This document shows positions 11,539 to 22,879 of a DNA stretch of 52,812 nt, piece after piece (within the stretch, counting starts at the first letter, position 1; each line of letters starts with the position of its first letter). Origin of the DNA: Octopus bimaculoides (Eukaryota); the NCBI RefSeq assembly GCF_001194135.2, contig NC_068994.1, positions 25,484,944 to 25,537,755 of the forward strand. Direction: 5' to 3'. Both the position numbers and the translations under genes were made by a program. The notes under the pieces are model-generated. The model ran no database searches. It was given only the letters and a program-made list of their open reading frames with translations, and had not been told where the DNA came from.

Positions 11539-13560
11539 TCATCATCATCATCATCGTTTAAAGTCTGTTTTCCATGCTGGCATGGGTTGGACGGTTTGAC
11601 TGAGGTTTGGAGAGTCAGTGACTGCACTAGGCTCCAATCTGATCTGGCAATGTTTCTACAACTGGATGCCCTTCCTAATGTAGTGGGTGCTTTTTACGTG
11701 CCACTGGCACAGGAACCAGTCAGGTGGACCTGGTATTGATCAAGTTTGGATAGTGCTTTTTATGTGCCACTGGCACTGGGGCCAGTAAGGGGGTACTGAC
11801 ATCGGTTGTGTTCAGGAGACACTGACCACAGCAACAATATTGGTTTTACTTGACTCAACAGGTCTTCTCAAGCATATTGCACGATGCATCAGGGGTACTC
11901 TTAACTAGGCCGGACATGCGTGCCTGCGATCTCACTTTAGTTGCTGGGTCTTCTCAATTACAGAATATCTCCAAAGGTCTCGGTCTCATGTCATTGTTTC
12001 TGTGAGGCCCAATGTTCAAAGATCATGCTTCTCCACCTCATCCCATGTCTTCCTGGGTCTACCTCTTCCACAGGTTCCTTCCATAGTTAGGGAGTGGCAC
12101 TTCCTCATGCAGCTGTCCTCATCCATATGTAACACATGACCATACCAGCGCAGTCGTCTCTCTTGCACACCACATTTGATGCTTCTTATGCCCAACCTTT
12201 CTCTCAGGGCACTTATACTCTGTTGTGTAAGCACACTGACATTACACATCCAGCGGATCATACTAGCTTCATTTCTTTCAAGCTTATGCATATCTTCAGC
12301 AGTTATGGCCCACATTTCACTGCCTTGTAGCATGGTAGTTCACACACATGCATCATACAGTCTACCTTTCATCCTGAGCAAGAGGCCCTTAGTTGCCAGC
12401 AGAGGTAGGAGCTCTTGGAACTTTGCCCAGGCTATTCTTATTCTAGCTGCTACACTGTCAGAGCAACCACCCCCACTACAGACTTGGTCACCTAGGTAGC
12501 GGAAGCTATTAACTATTTCTAGTTTCTCCCCATGGCATGTAATGGAATCTGTTTTCTGTACATCTTCAGTGTTTATTGCCCCTGTGCATCTGCCACACAC
12601 AAAAACTATTTTCCTGGTTAAAAACTAATTTCCTTTGATACTGCTGCACCCTTTATATGTCCATAGCTTACACTGGGTATATCGTATGAAGTTTCTACCC
12701 ACGCCTTTTCTACAGATCGAGCAGGGCCATCTACCTGAGAGGGATTGTGGTTTGACAGCCTTCCTACTTACAAAGACTTTGGTTTTAGCTAGGTTGACCC
12801 TAAGGCCCTTTGATTCTAGTCCTTGCTTCCACACCCTAAAATTTGTCTCTCGTTCTGGTGGTGACTTGGCTATTAGGGCAATGTCATCAGCATAGAGGAG
12901 CTCCCAGGTGTAGCCTGTCTTGAATTCCTCTGTTATTGCCTGAAGGACTATGATGAATAAGAGGGTGCTGAGAACTGATTCTTAGTGAACCCCTACTTCT
13001 ACTCAGAATTCTTCACTATACTCATTGCCAACCCTGACAGAATCCCTGTACAGGGCTTGTACAGCTCTTACCAACCACCCGTCTATCCCTAGTTTCCACA
13101 TTGACCACCAGATAAGGGATCGGGGGACCTTGTCAAAGGCTTTCTCCAAGTCAACAAAAGCCAAGTACAGAGGTTTGTCTCTGGCTAGATATTTCTCCTG
13201 AAGTTGCCTTACCAGAAATATAGCATCAGTGGTGCTTCTGCCTGGCACAAAACCAAATTGCATCTCATCCAGGCTAACTCTCTCCCTAATTAGTTGGGCT
13301 AATGACCCTCTATGTAACTTCCAACACCTGATCCAATAATTTGATACCCCTATATTTATTTCTATCTAAAGCATCATCTTTACCCTTGTAGCAGTTGACT
13401 ATGGTGCTGGCACACCAGTCATTCAGTATGACTCCTTCATGAACTACCTGATTTATGATGCGGGTGACAAGACCATAACCCAAACCACCCAATATTTTAA
13501 GCATTGCAGGCGGTGTGGGTTATGGTCTTGTCACCTGGATATAAACTGATACCAGCAGTA
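11539..13560 (-). mobile_element. 5'-truncated RTE LINE (RT domain to (GAT)n tail) with inverted 5' end
   Basis: ORFs QFGFVPGRSTTDAIF..AFVDLEKAFDKVP, YADDIAL, FRYLGD, RRLRWYGHV, GRGRPRKTW. Several frameshifts. Confidence 0.92.
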
Positions 13561-14049
13561 TAGTGCTGTGAGAATGGCTTTTCTTAATCGTGCATGAATG
13601 GGGAATGGCATTTCTCAAATCTTTTAAATAAACTCAGATGTAAAACTATAATGAATTTTTTTTTTAAAATTCCATCACTTCTATTTTAGTCTTATACTCT
13701 CTGATTTTCTCATCATGTTTCCCCTTCAAGTTGTAGCCAGGTAGATACATATAATGTATAAGGATATGTTGTTTGCATGTGGAATGTTATTTTCAACACT
13801 ATCTTTCAAAACACACTACAGTGCTCAGTGCATCACACACACTTGAAAGTGACAACAAATGAGAAAATTTGCCTTTTTCGTTCTTTATCTTTCACTATTT
13901 GTCACATTTCTCTTTTCACAATGGCCATTGTTGTATTATCTGCTTAGAATAATATTGCTATCATTTTTATATTATTTTACTACATGATGAAGACTCATCC
14001 CACCCTAGTGCAGCTATGAGCAACAGGAGCAATTGTAGATGATAATGCT

Positions 14050-14260
14050 AGATCTAAATGAGACATTGTTCTTTCATCATCATCCTCTTTCCACACTACA
14101 CAGTCCTGCATTGCTGTGTTCAGATCTCTAATATCCAGCCCTGAGTCCTGAGATATAGTATCTAGAAACACTTCCAGAGGGATGCCATAAGACCAGGGAC
14201 GAAATAACCTCTTTCTCTGCTCAATGACAGTGGCCAGCAAATTTCAGTTGGAGATCACAC
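14050..14260 (-). mobile_element. RTE-type LINE C-terminal remnant
   Basis: FLDTISQDSGLDIRDLNTAMQDCVVWK resembles the 'YID.L..DTGL...DL..AM.DR..W' LINE C-terminus. Confidence 0.55.
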
Positions 14261-15050
14261 CCAACACTTAGTAACATCTACAGAAATCTGATACCAATTG
14301 TTCTTTACTGCTGAGGGTAGAAATGGTGGAAGGCAAAAGAATTTAAAAAATTTAAGGCCAGCAAGGGTTACAGAAAATTATCAGAAGACCAAGCTCATGG
14401 GTAAGAGGATTAAACATTTGAGTGGGGTTGAGACTGGTCACAGTTGGCTTTATGAGTCTAACCCTACTGCACTCATCAGGTACATTACTGCAGTGTAATA
14501 CAAGTCATTCAACTGCACACATTTGGTTCACAAGATGCCATCTCTTTTTGAAAAAATTAGCAAAAGAAAATGGCATCATCAAATTGTAAGAAACAAAAGT
14601 ATGAAGATGAAAACAGAAATTTTAAACTAGAGTGGAAGGAAAATTTTGCATTCACTGTTAAAGTAAATCTTTGTACCTTATCTACTACGTCACTTAGTCA
14701 TTGTAAAGTCAGCAATTTGAAATGCCACTATGAAACAAATTACAAAATCTTTTTGCATGATTAATCCACTTAAATCATAATTAAGGTAAAACAAGTTAAC
14801 TGTTAAAATCATTACTAAATAGCTGGCAGTCATCATTAACAATGTTTAGCAATGAAGCCAGTTTTGTTATATCATGGAATATTGCTTATGCTAAATGCCC
14901 ATGTTCTCCTGGTGAATTTCTTAAGAATATAGCTGATATTGTTGAAGTATTAGATTCAAATAACACAAAATATCAGCAACTAATAGCATAAACACCAGTT
15001 TCATGTCCCACTACAGAGTGGTACATCTCTTGGATCAATGCTGATGTTGT

Positions 15051-15433
15051 TGTTGTTGGCACTCCGTCGCTTACGACGTCGAGGGTTCCAGTTGATCTGA
15101 TCAACAGAACAGCCTGCTCGTGAAATTAACGTGCAAGTGGCTGACCACTCCACAGACATGTGTACCCTTAACGTAGTTCTTGGGGATATTCAGCGTGACA
15201 CAGTGTGACAAGGCTGACCTTTTGAATTACAGGCACAACAGAAACAGGAAGTAAGAGTGAGAGAAAGCTGTGCTGAAAGAGTACAGCAGGGTTCGCCACC
15301 ATCCCCTGCCGGAGCCTCGTGGAGCTTTAGGTGTTTTCGCTCAATAAACACTCACAACGCCCGGTCTGGAAATCGAAACCGCGATCCTATGACCGCGAGT
15401 CCGCTGCCCTAACCACTAGGCCATTGCGGCTCC
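15051..15433 (-). mobile_element. Full-length tRNA-derived SINE with 13-bp TSD
   Basis: TSD ATGCTGATGTTGT at 15038-15050 and 15434-15446. A/B-box head (ggcctagtggttagg...ggtttcgatttccag) and (AAC)n tail. Confidence 0.9.
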
Positions 15434-15557
15434 ATGCTGATGTTGTAAGCAAAATGCAAAATGATTTTTAAAATTCCCTTGCATTCAATTTAGGGATTAA
15501 CAAATCAAATGACATACAGGACAACCCACAATTAGTAGTATTTGTTCATTATGTTAC

Positions 15558-18354
15558 TTTTATATCCTGCCACAAGTTGATATAGATGAATTATGCAGTA
15601 GAGGTTTAATCAATGTGTTCACATGATGTATTTTGTGAGACTACCAAAACGCTCTCACTGACCTCTACTCTTTATAAGAGTTCGGCTAGTCTATTCTCCA
15701 ATCTGCCAGGATTGTCAATGGCTCTCGCCACATCTTCCCCTTTTGAGATTGACTTCCATTTGAAGTTAATATTTTTATTTATTCATTTTTCTAGTATCTT
15801 TTACACAATATCAGCCTGGAGTTTGAAATTAGGAATTTGAAATTTTTTTTTTTTTTTTTTTTTACATCGTCACATTTATAGCCTGATGACTCGTTGCCAG
15901 ATGTTGCAATGTAATTGTTACCCAGCTCTTAGGTAGTACTGTTTGCACACAGCACTCTTGTTTTTTATTGTACTAAGCACTCCTGTTTCTCATACTAAGC
16001 ACTCTTGTCTTTCACTCGAAGACATCTCCTCTAGCTGATTAACACTGCACAGCTGCATCCAATATATTGTGAGCAGGAGAAGCGAACCCTTACCACATTC
16101 TAGCGAGAGAACCAACACGCAGTAATTCGAGCAACTACCATTACACCACCTTACGGGTTTGGTGCGAGTTCAACATGCAACTAACACACTGACTCTTACT
16201 GACTTCTAGCAAACTGTCAAATGACTTCTGCTGACTTGCTGCCTTTTCACAGGACATAATAGGTATTTTACTGGTGGTCCTTTGGTTGCTGAACATGCAA
16301 CCTCTACCAGCTTTCACCAATTTCTCAATGTCCCGGTGCATGCAACAGGTTGTATTGCCTAAGAGCAACCTGACCTTTTTAACATGCTCAGCATGCTGAA
16401 CTTGAGATTCACTTTTTATGAGTATGTTGTCAAGGTAAGTTACAGCGAAATTCAAACCTGCAAGCGTAACGTCTATAATTTGTTGGAAATTGCCAGGTGC
16501 TACTTTTATACCAAAGGGGAGTCAATTAAATTTATACAACCCATTATGGTAATTTATTGTCAATAATTTTGAACATTCCTCATCAACTTTTACCTGCAAA
16601 TATGCTTCAGATAGGTCCAACTTTGAAAAAAATTTTCCTCCATTCAACTTCATGAAAATTTCTTCCAGACTTGGTAACAGGTAATTATATGGCATCAAAC
16701 ATTTGTTTAATCCCGTTGAGAAATCAGCACATACTTGGATTTTATTATTTTTTTTCTTGACATAAACTGTAGGGGATGCCCAAATTGTGTAATCAATTTT
16801 TTCAATAACACCAAGCTTTTCTTCGTTGACCTGTTTCACTGCTGCGAAAGGTACTGTTCTTTTTGGTATAAATACCGGTATAGAATTTTCTTTCATTGTT
16901 GTGAATAAACTTCAGGAAATTTTTTTTTTCTTTTTTTAAATTCTCCGACACCTTATTTGTACTGGCAGAAGAACCATTTACACTCTTACAGAAAATATTT
17001 ATTGGTAAGCCTCATAAGTTAAATAGCTTCATCCAAATGCAATTTTTTTCCTGAAACACCTCATGCAATTTTCGAAGTTTCCTTTAATCTAGGTTTTCCT
17101 ATCTTTCTCCATGTCTCTGTATTAATTATTGTGATATCACTGCCCATATCCAATTGTAACTTGATATTCACGTTATTCATTTTTATGGACACAATTTTCT
17201 TAGAACTTTTTTTAGCAATACATTTTTTCTAGAATTTATTTTGTTAGACCCTTTTTTTTTTGTGTTTCGCTATACACTGTGAGCTTTTATGTTCAATTTT
17301 TCCACAAGCAAAGCATTTACGATTTTTAAAAGGACGGTTACTTTTAAAATGTAAACTTCCGCAACCATAGCACAGATTTGGCCTAGACATTCGTTTTTCT
17401 TTTTTCTTATCCGTTTCAGGATGACACGCATGTATCCGAGAGCATTTTATCTGCGTCATGTCTTAAATTTATAATCCAATGGCATTCTTCAGCCACTGCC
17501 TGTAGAGTTAATTCTTGGTCCTGTTCTAATTTTTTTCATATATGGGAACATATATCAGCATCTTTCTTTGCTGTTAACTTCTGAACAAATCTGGGGTTAA
17601 TTCATTTAATTTGAATTTTTCACACTCTCTGTTAATGACCCCAGCATAGGTGACGAAATCTTCATCATCTTTTTTAACGAAATTTAAACATTGCCAACAA
17701 GTATTGAACAGGAAACTTCTTTCACTGAAAATTCTCAATAACAAATTAACCGATTTCTCACCTGATTTCTTCAGCAGAATATAGTTACAGTATTTTTTGA
17801 GTTTAGCAGGGGATAACTTTCTTGAAAGTAGTCGCACCTTCTTTTCATCATTCCAGTTTTTACAATCTCCTTTGATGATTTCTTCATATCTTCTAAAATA
17901 TGAAGAAAAAGTAGTACCTTCTTCTGGGTTATAAATAAATTCTCCAATTGGATTTGCCATGCCATCTGACAAGAATGAACCTGAAGCATTTTCAGTCTTC
18001 TTCAACTTTACTTCCAGTAACTGTTGGTATTGTTGTTGTTGCTATTGTAGTTGTTGCAACTGTACCACACGAGGCAACAAGTTTTCCATGTTAAATAATT
18101 TTTTCTTTGGTTTCGTGCCAAGAAAAAAAATTTAAACATCCTATGCAAGCTTCAAATATCTCGTCGCCACTTTTATATCCTGCCACAGGTTGATATAGAT
18201 AAGTTATGCAGTAGAGGTTTAATCAATGTGTTCACACGACATACTTCGCGAGACTACCAAAACGCTCTCTCCGACTACTACCGACCTCTTTTGTAAAAGT
18301 TCAGCTAGTACATTCTCCAATCCACCAGAAGTGTCAATAACTCTTGCCACAACA
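15558..18354 (-). mobile_element. Internally deleted Ty3/Gypsy (Mag/K02A2.6-like) LTR retrotransposon
   Basis: LTRs at 15558-15732 and 18171-18354, 5-bp TSD GTTAC (15553-57 and 18355-59), PBS TGGCGACGAG (18169-60) and PPT AAAAGGGGAAGA (15744-33). Gag with CYGC..H...C knuckle; RT with FSKLDLSEAYLQ and YLDNIL. Confidence 0.93.
15890..16251 (-). mobile_element. Second-family LTR plus PBS embedded in the Gypsy element
   Basis: Minus strand runs TGT...AATAAA...ttgcaaCA, followed by tcTGGCAACGAG (PBS-like). It is not similar to the host LTRs. Confidence 0.65.
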
Positions 18355-20060
18355 GTTACTTCTGAGGCAATTGTGAAATAAGAAGTGTTAGATTCAGCAG
18401 AATTAAAAGAAACAACTCATGGTGTTGATGAAAAATGTGCTTGACAGAGTTTTGATAAATGCTTGTGTTGCAACAGATAGAGGTCCTACAATGGTGGGTG
18501 AAAATGCAGTTAATTGCACTTATGAAAATGATTCCAGTTTTCCAGAGTTTCTCCCTGCTCATTGTATTATTCTTTGTAAACATCTGGTAGCTAAATATTT
18601 CACATATAAAGATGTTACAAAATCTGTCCTTGAAATTATGAACTTCATACGTACCAACAGTTCAGAAATTTTATTGATGAACTGGAGCTTGAAGGCTCCA
18701 TATATATCTTTCTATTGCATTGTGAGGTGGCTCTCAACCAGCAATGTTTTGAGTAGGTTTGTGGATCTGTTGGAGCCTATTATTACTTTTCTTAAAGAAA
18801 AGAGCCTATCCTCAACTGGAAAATGGTAAACGGATACAAGATCTGATGTTTTTAACTGATATAATGATGAATCATCTGCAAACTCAACTTCACACTTCAG
18901 GTGGAGGATAAGATTATTTGTGATCTAACTCTGAGTTTTCAATTTGCAGAGTAAAATAAGACCTTTTCAAAGAAACATACTGGCAGATTTTAGAAGGAGA
19001 GCAAATACATTCTCTGATACTGAAATAATTGATCATAAATTGGAAGTATACAAGCATAATTTACAAGGACTACTTGATAATTGCCTAATCAGGTTTGATG
19101 GCTTGCAGAAGATGAAGCCCTGTTTCATCTCGCTTGAAAATCCATTTATGGTCGATGTGGTCAATGATGGTTATCCATTTCTCATTCCTCTAGTTATGGA
19201 ATAACTATTGTGGATATATAACTTATGGAATTACACTTTCTAGTTGCATAAGGCATCTCCCTGCGTAAATACTGTGATGTATTCTACAAGCAGTCATTAT
19301 TTGTTCTTTTTTTTTTCTGTCTAGCCTGTTTTATTTAGTGTCCAGCTGTAACTTATTGCTGGGACAGCTAGAATATTGATGCCTTCAACTTTTTTTTTCA
19401 ATTAATTGTTTTATGTATTAATCTAATGAAAATAAGATAAATGCTGGAAAAACCTTTGTGCAACACACACTAGAATGGATAACAACACATTTCTCTAAAC
19501 TCTTTGATTAGTTTCTTTCTTCTATTTGAAAAGAGGAAATTTTCTTGCACTATTATTTAGCAACATACATCAGGCAATACAATATCTTTTCTCTTTTACT
19601 TTGTTTTCATTCCCTGGCATCACCTTACATATTTTGTCTAACTCCTCAACTGCACTGCTCAAAGGGTTTTTTTTAATTGAAACATTTATGTTTTTTTTTA
19701 CATGTATTGAAATATTTAAGCAAATTGCAGTTATTTATAATACTCTATTTGTTTTGTTTGTATGTTATACATTCTTTAATTCACTGGTCTCTAAGTTTTT
19801 GTCTATTTGTGTTTGATTTAATTCTCTTATCTCAGTTTCTTTATCATTTAGTGATATTAATTTTTCTCTTTTCAAATGTAGTGAATGGAACAAAGAGTTG
19901 AGCAGTAGATAAACTACATATCTTTCTTTACATTGTAGTTAAAAACTTGCCTCTATCTTAACTCTACCTTTCACATACACACATACATATACAAACAGAC
20001 ACACATATACATATACAAACAGATACACACATACATATACAAACAAATAAAATATCTTAC

Positions 20061-20101
20061 CTTGAAGACAAAGTCCTCACTATAGTCATCAAGAAATTAG
20101 A
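20061..20101 (-). CDS. EXOC4: EXOC4 coding micro-exon, 41 nt, phase 0 to 2
   Basis: Reads SNFLMTIVRTLSS(S), aligning with SGLLISVIRTLSTS. Acceptor cttctttttacag, donor AG|gtaaga. The phase joins the 4271 exon. Confidence 0.9.
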
Positions 20102-20530
20102 CTGTAAAAAGAAGTGAAACAAATAGAATATATTATTTTCTTCATTTTGTACTTCTTTGTAAAAAACATTTTCATTCTCCCTCTTCTTGAAAATTTGCTT
20201 CGCAATGAAAACCGGTTAGAGAAATCTTTATTAAAATATGCTTCCAGTTTAGCATTCTGCCTTATTATTATTTTTCATTTTCCTATTATTTCTCCACGTG
20301 TGGTTAACACAACCCCACTATTTACTGACTTATATATATATATATATATATGTTCATATAATGATATCTACCAAATGTATTGGTAAGATAAAACATGTAA
20401 TCGTTACCAAAATATCAAAAATTCGTCCACAAAGGTCTATAGTAAACTCCTTATGAATCGATCTCCTTGGTTATATATCAAAAAATTTAAATAAGAGCTT
20501 TGACGCTAAATCCATATATATTAAAGGTTA

Positions 20531-20618
20531 TTACCTATGTATACATTTCTGTATAAGGTCAAATTCAACTCTTAATTCAAGTTAAATAAGTAAATTACTT
20601 TACACATCCTCAGGGTAA
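20531..20618 (-). ncRNA. Type I hammerhead ribozyme (PLE-associated, palindromic stem III)
   Basis: UUACC-CUGAGGA-UGUGUAAAG...CCUUAUACA-GAAA-UGUAUACAU-A|GGUAA: 5-bp stem I, at least 7-bp stem II, and palindromic stem III AUGUAUACAU. Predicted cleavage is between 20536 and 20535. Confidence 0.85.
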
Positions 20619-20933
20619 AAAGTAAACACCAAAAAAGATTTATAATCTCTAAGGCTGATCCATATTCAAAATTCCTCCTGAATAATAGTCCGTCTAAGGG
20701 AGAAAACCCTAATAATATTATTAATTATAAACAATCAAGTAATACAAATTATTGAACACTGGTAATAAATTCTAAACTAATGGAAATCTATATTATATTA
20801 TCTCTAGAAACTTTAGTAAATAAGTACAAATATACAATTAGATTATTAGTAATAAGAAATCATACAGTTAATATATCCTGTCTTTTAAACCTAATATTAT
20901 ATTATAATACCCAATCATACTGAAATTTATAAT

Positions 20934-21823
20934 TTATTTAAACCAGAAAATCGTATGCCTAAGAAAATGGCTACATCTGAAAGCATTATATGTGAGTTTA
21001 TTTATTAACTTACCCTTAGAAAATAATATAAAAAATAATTCTAGATTACACAACGAGCAATATCTCTTACCTTTCTCATAAGGGAAAGACTTTCCAATAA
21101 TTGACCATTCTAATGAATATTGCTTTTTTTGTTCCTTCAGTTCCCAAATAAATTTACTAAGACTAGTATTCGACATTTTACTTCTATCTCTACATGTATT
21201 ATAATGATTTGATATTCGTTTACAAATTTGTCCTGAAGAACAACCCACGTATATGTTAACATCTGTTTGGGTCGTTAGCTTACATTGGTAAACTATATTC
21301 TTCAATCTAGCATTTGGGCCTTCAAACTTCAATCTTCTGGGGTTAACCTCTGTTACTGTAATCCTAGTACGATTATCATTATTATTATTATTATTTATAT
21401 CAGGGTTCTCATCACTATCCTCCCCAATTCCCTTTGATTTAAGTATTTTAAAATTATGAGCTGCAATTATTTGGGCTAAGTTCTTAGTGTTTGAGAAACT
21501 AAACCTAATGCTATGTGTATTAATAATTTTACCATAATGTGAATTCTTTGGGAAATATCTACTTATCACCTCTCTAAACTGTGCAATCAAATTCGATTTA
21601 ACATTTCTACCAAAAGGGATTATGAACCATACATTATTATCTTTAGTGTTATCGCAGTTATTTGTATAATTCTTAAAAAATTTTAAATTACCAATGTTAT
21701 GTTTATGAAAATCTCTGGGTTTATTTTCCATATTTCCTCTAAACTTATTCTTAAACTTATCATTCTTATAAGAATAATATATAAGAATAATAATGATAAG
21801 AATAATAAGTTTAAGAATGTAGT
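20934..21823 (-). mobile_element. Penelope-like element C-terminal region: uninterrupted GIY-YIG endonuclease ORF (265 aa from ATG at 21731)
   Basis: VWFIIPFG...RYFPKNSHYGKIINTHSIRFSFS...IVYQC..YVG...KRISNH...SLSKFIWELK...CSLCNLE...LINK...CSH, the typical PLE linker-plus-endonuclease layout. No stops over about 890 nt. Confidence 0.9.
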
Positions 21824-22007
21824 GTCTGCCTTTTACTCTGAATGAGAGGCCCTTTGTCACCAGCAGAGGTAAGNNNNNNNNNNNNNNNNNNNNNNNNNNN
21901 NNNNNNNNNNNNNNNNNNNNNNNNNNNNNNNNNNNNNNNNNNNNNNNNNNNNNNNNNNNNNNNNNNNNNNNNNATAACACAAAATTCTCATTCTTCAATT
22001 GCATGTA

Positions 22008-22036
22008 ACACGGGCAACGCCGGATATCTCTGCTAG
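22008..22036 (+). mobile_element. Helitron-like 3' terminus
   Basis: GC-rich hairpin (acacgggcaacgccgga) followed about 8 nt later by CTAG then T. The rest of the element is hidden by the gap at 21874-21973. Confidence 0.6.
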
Positions 22037-22042
22037 TATATA

Positions 22043-22350
22043 TATATTAATCAAAGTGTACAATATTATATATCCATTACGGGCAATCTTATCAATCAGT
22101 TTCAGCCTAGGGGTTCAATGGAGTGTTAGGTAACAGTCCAATTATGTAACCCTGCACTCTTCAGAGATGGTATTAGTGGGATAAAATACAGTGACTGCTC
22201 TCTATTGTTCAAGGTGAACAGACACATTCCATAATAGCTCTCTCTGAAGAGCACAAGGTTACATAATTGGACTGTTGAACCGCTAGTGCAAAACTGATTG
22301 GTAAGATCAGCTGTAATAGATCTATAATACTGTGCACATCAATTAATATA
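22043..22350. mobile_element. Fold-back MITE-like element (~310 bp near-palindrome)
   Basis: Arms align across about 120 bp, e.g. aacagtccaattatgtaaccctgcactcttcagaga with tctctgaagagcacaaggttacataattggactgtt. The ends fall in TA-rich sequence. Confidence 0.75.
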
Positions 22351-22879
22351 CCCACTCTACTGACAGATATATGAGGGCATTTTTTCCTGACTTATAGATG
22401 GCTTAGACACATACACACACAACATTGTATTGTGAAATACAGTTACCCAGGGTTTCGTAGTGGGAACATTAATTTATTTCACCCTTTTTTTCAAGCTGAA
22501 AACAAGACTGCCAGTCAGTTGCTTTTAAAGCAAATGACATTTGAACAAGGAACACTTATAAGGAAGAAGACAAACAGAAAAACACAGGGGAGATAACCAA
22601 TGTTACAACAAAACGTTGAAAAATGTAAACAAGATATTAATGGTTTACAATGTGTCTGGTGGCCTATTTTTAAATCCTACCAAGATGTATTTCTTAAGAT
22701 GCAGACATAAAGAAAAAATCTTGTTCCTGGAATTTACATAGCTGTTGGAGACCCTTAAGTTCTTTAAGAGATATAGTTGCTCGAGAGATAACATATGTAT
22801 ATATAAACACACGCACATATGATCAAAATCCAAATAGGTTAATGTAGGTCTGTATTATATAGTATATAGTAAAATTGAT

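Larger units (their letters stand above)
14490..19470 (+). mobile_element. hAT DNA transposon (Buster/SPIN/GTF2IRD2-like transposase pseudogene) carrying SINE and Gypsy insertions
   Basis: MASSNCKKQKYEDENRNFKLEWKENFAFT..SNLKCHYETN; DIQDNPQLVVFVHYV|TSEAIVK; ATDRGPTMVG; HCII; VRWLSTSNVLSRF. The outer ends are approximate. Confidence 0.85.

Noticed and set aside
14400-14500. Minus-strand CUGAUGA with a downstream stem (hammerhead candidate)
   Set aside because: The GAAA is replaced by TCAAA and there is no stem I complement.
20350-20404. Plus-strand degenerate hammerhead-like motif (ATAATGA...AAAACATGTA)
   Set aside because: It needs three core substitutions and stem I is weak, so it cannot be distinguished from chance in AT-rich DNA.
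20934-22004. 356-aa ORF in the track as a single protein
   Set aside because: It reads through an N gap, and 21824-21873 is an RTE fragment (LPLLVTKGLSFRVKGR) abutting the PLE. Only 20934-21823 is PLE-derived.
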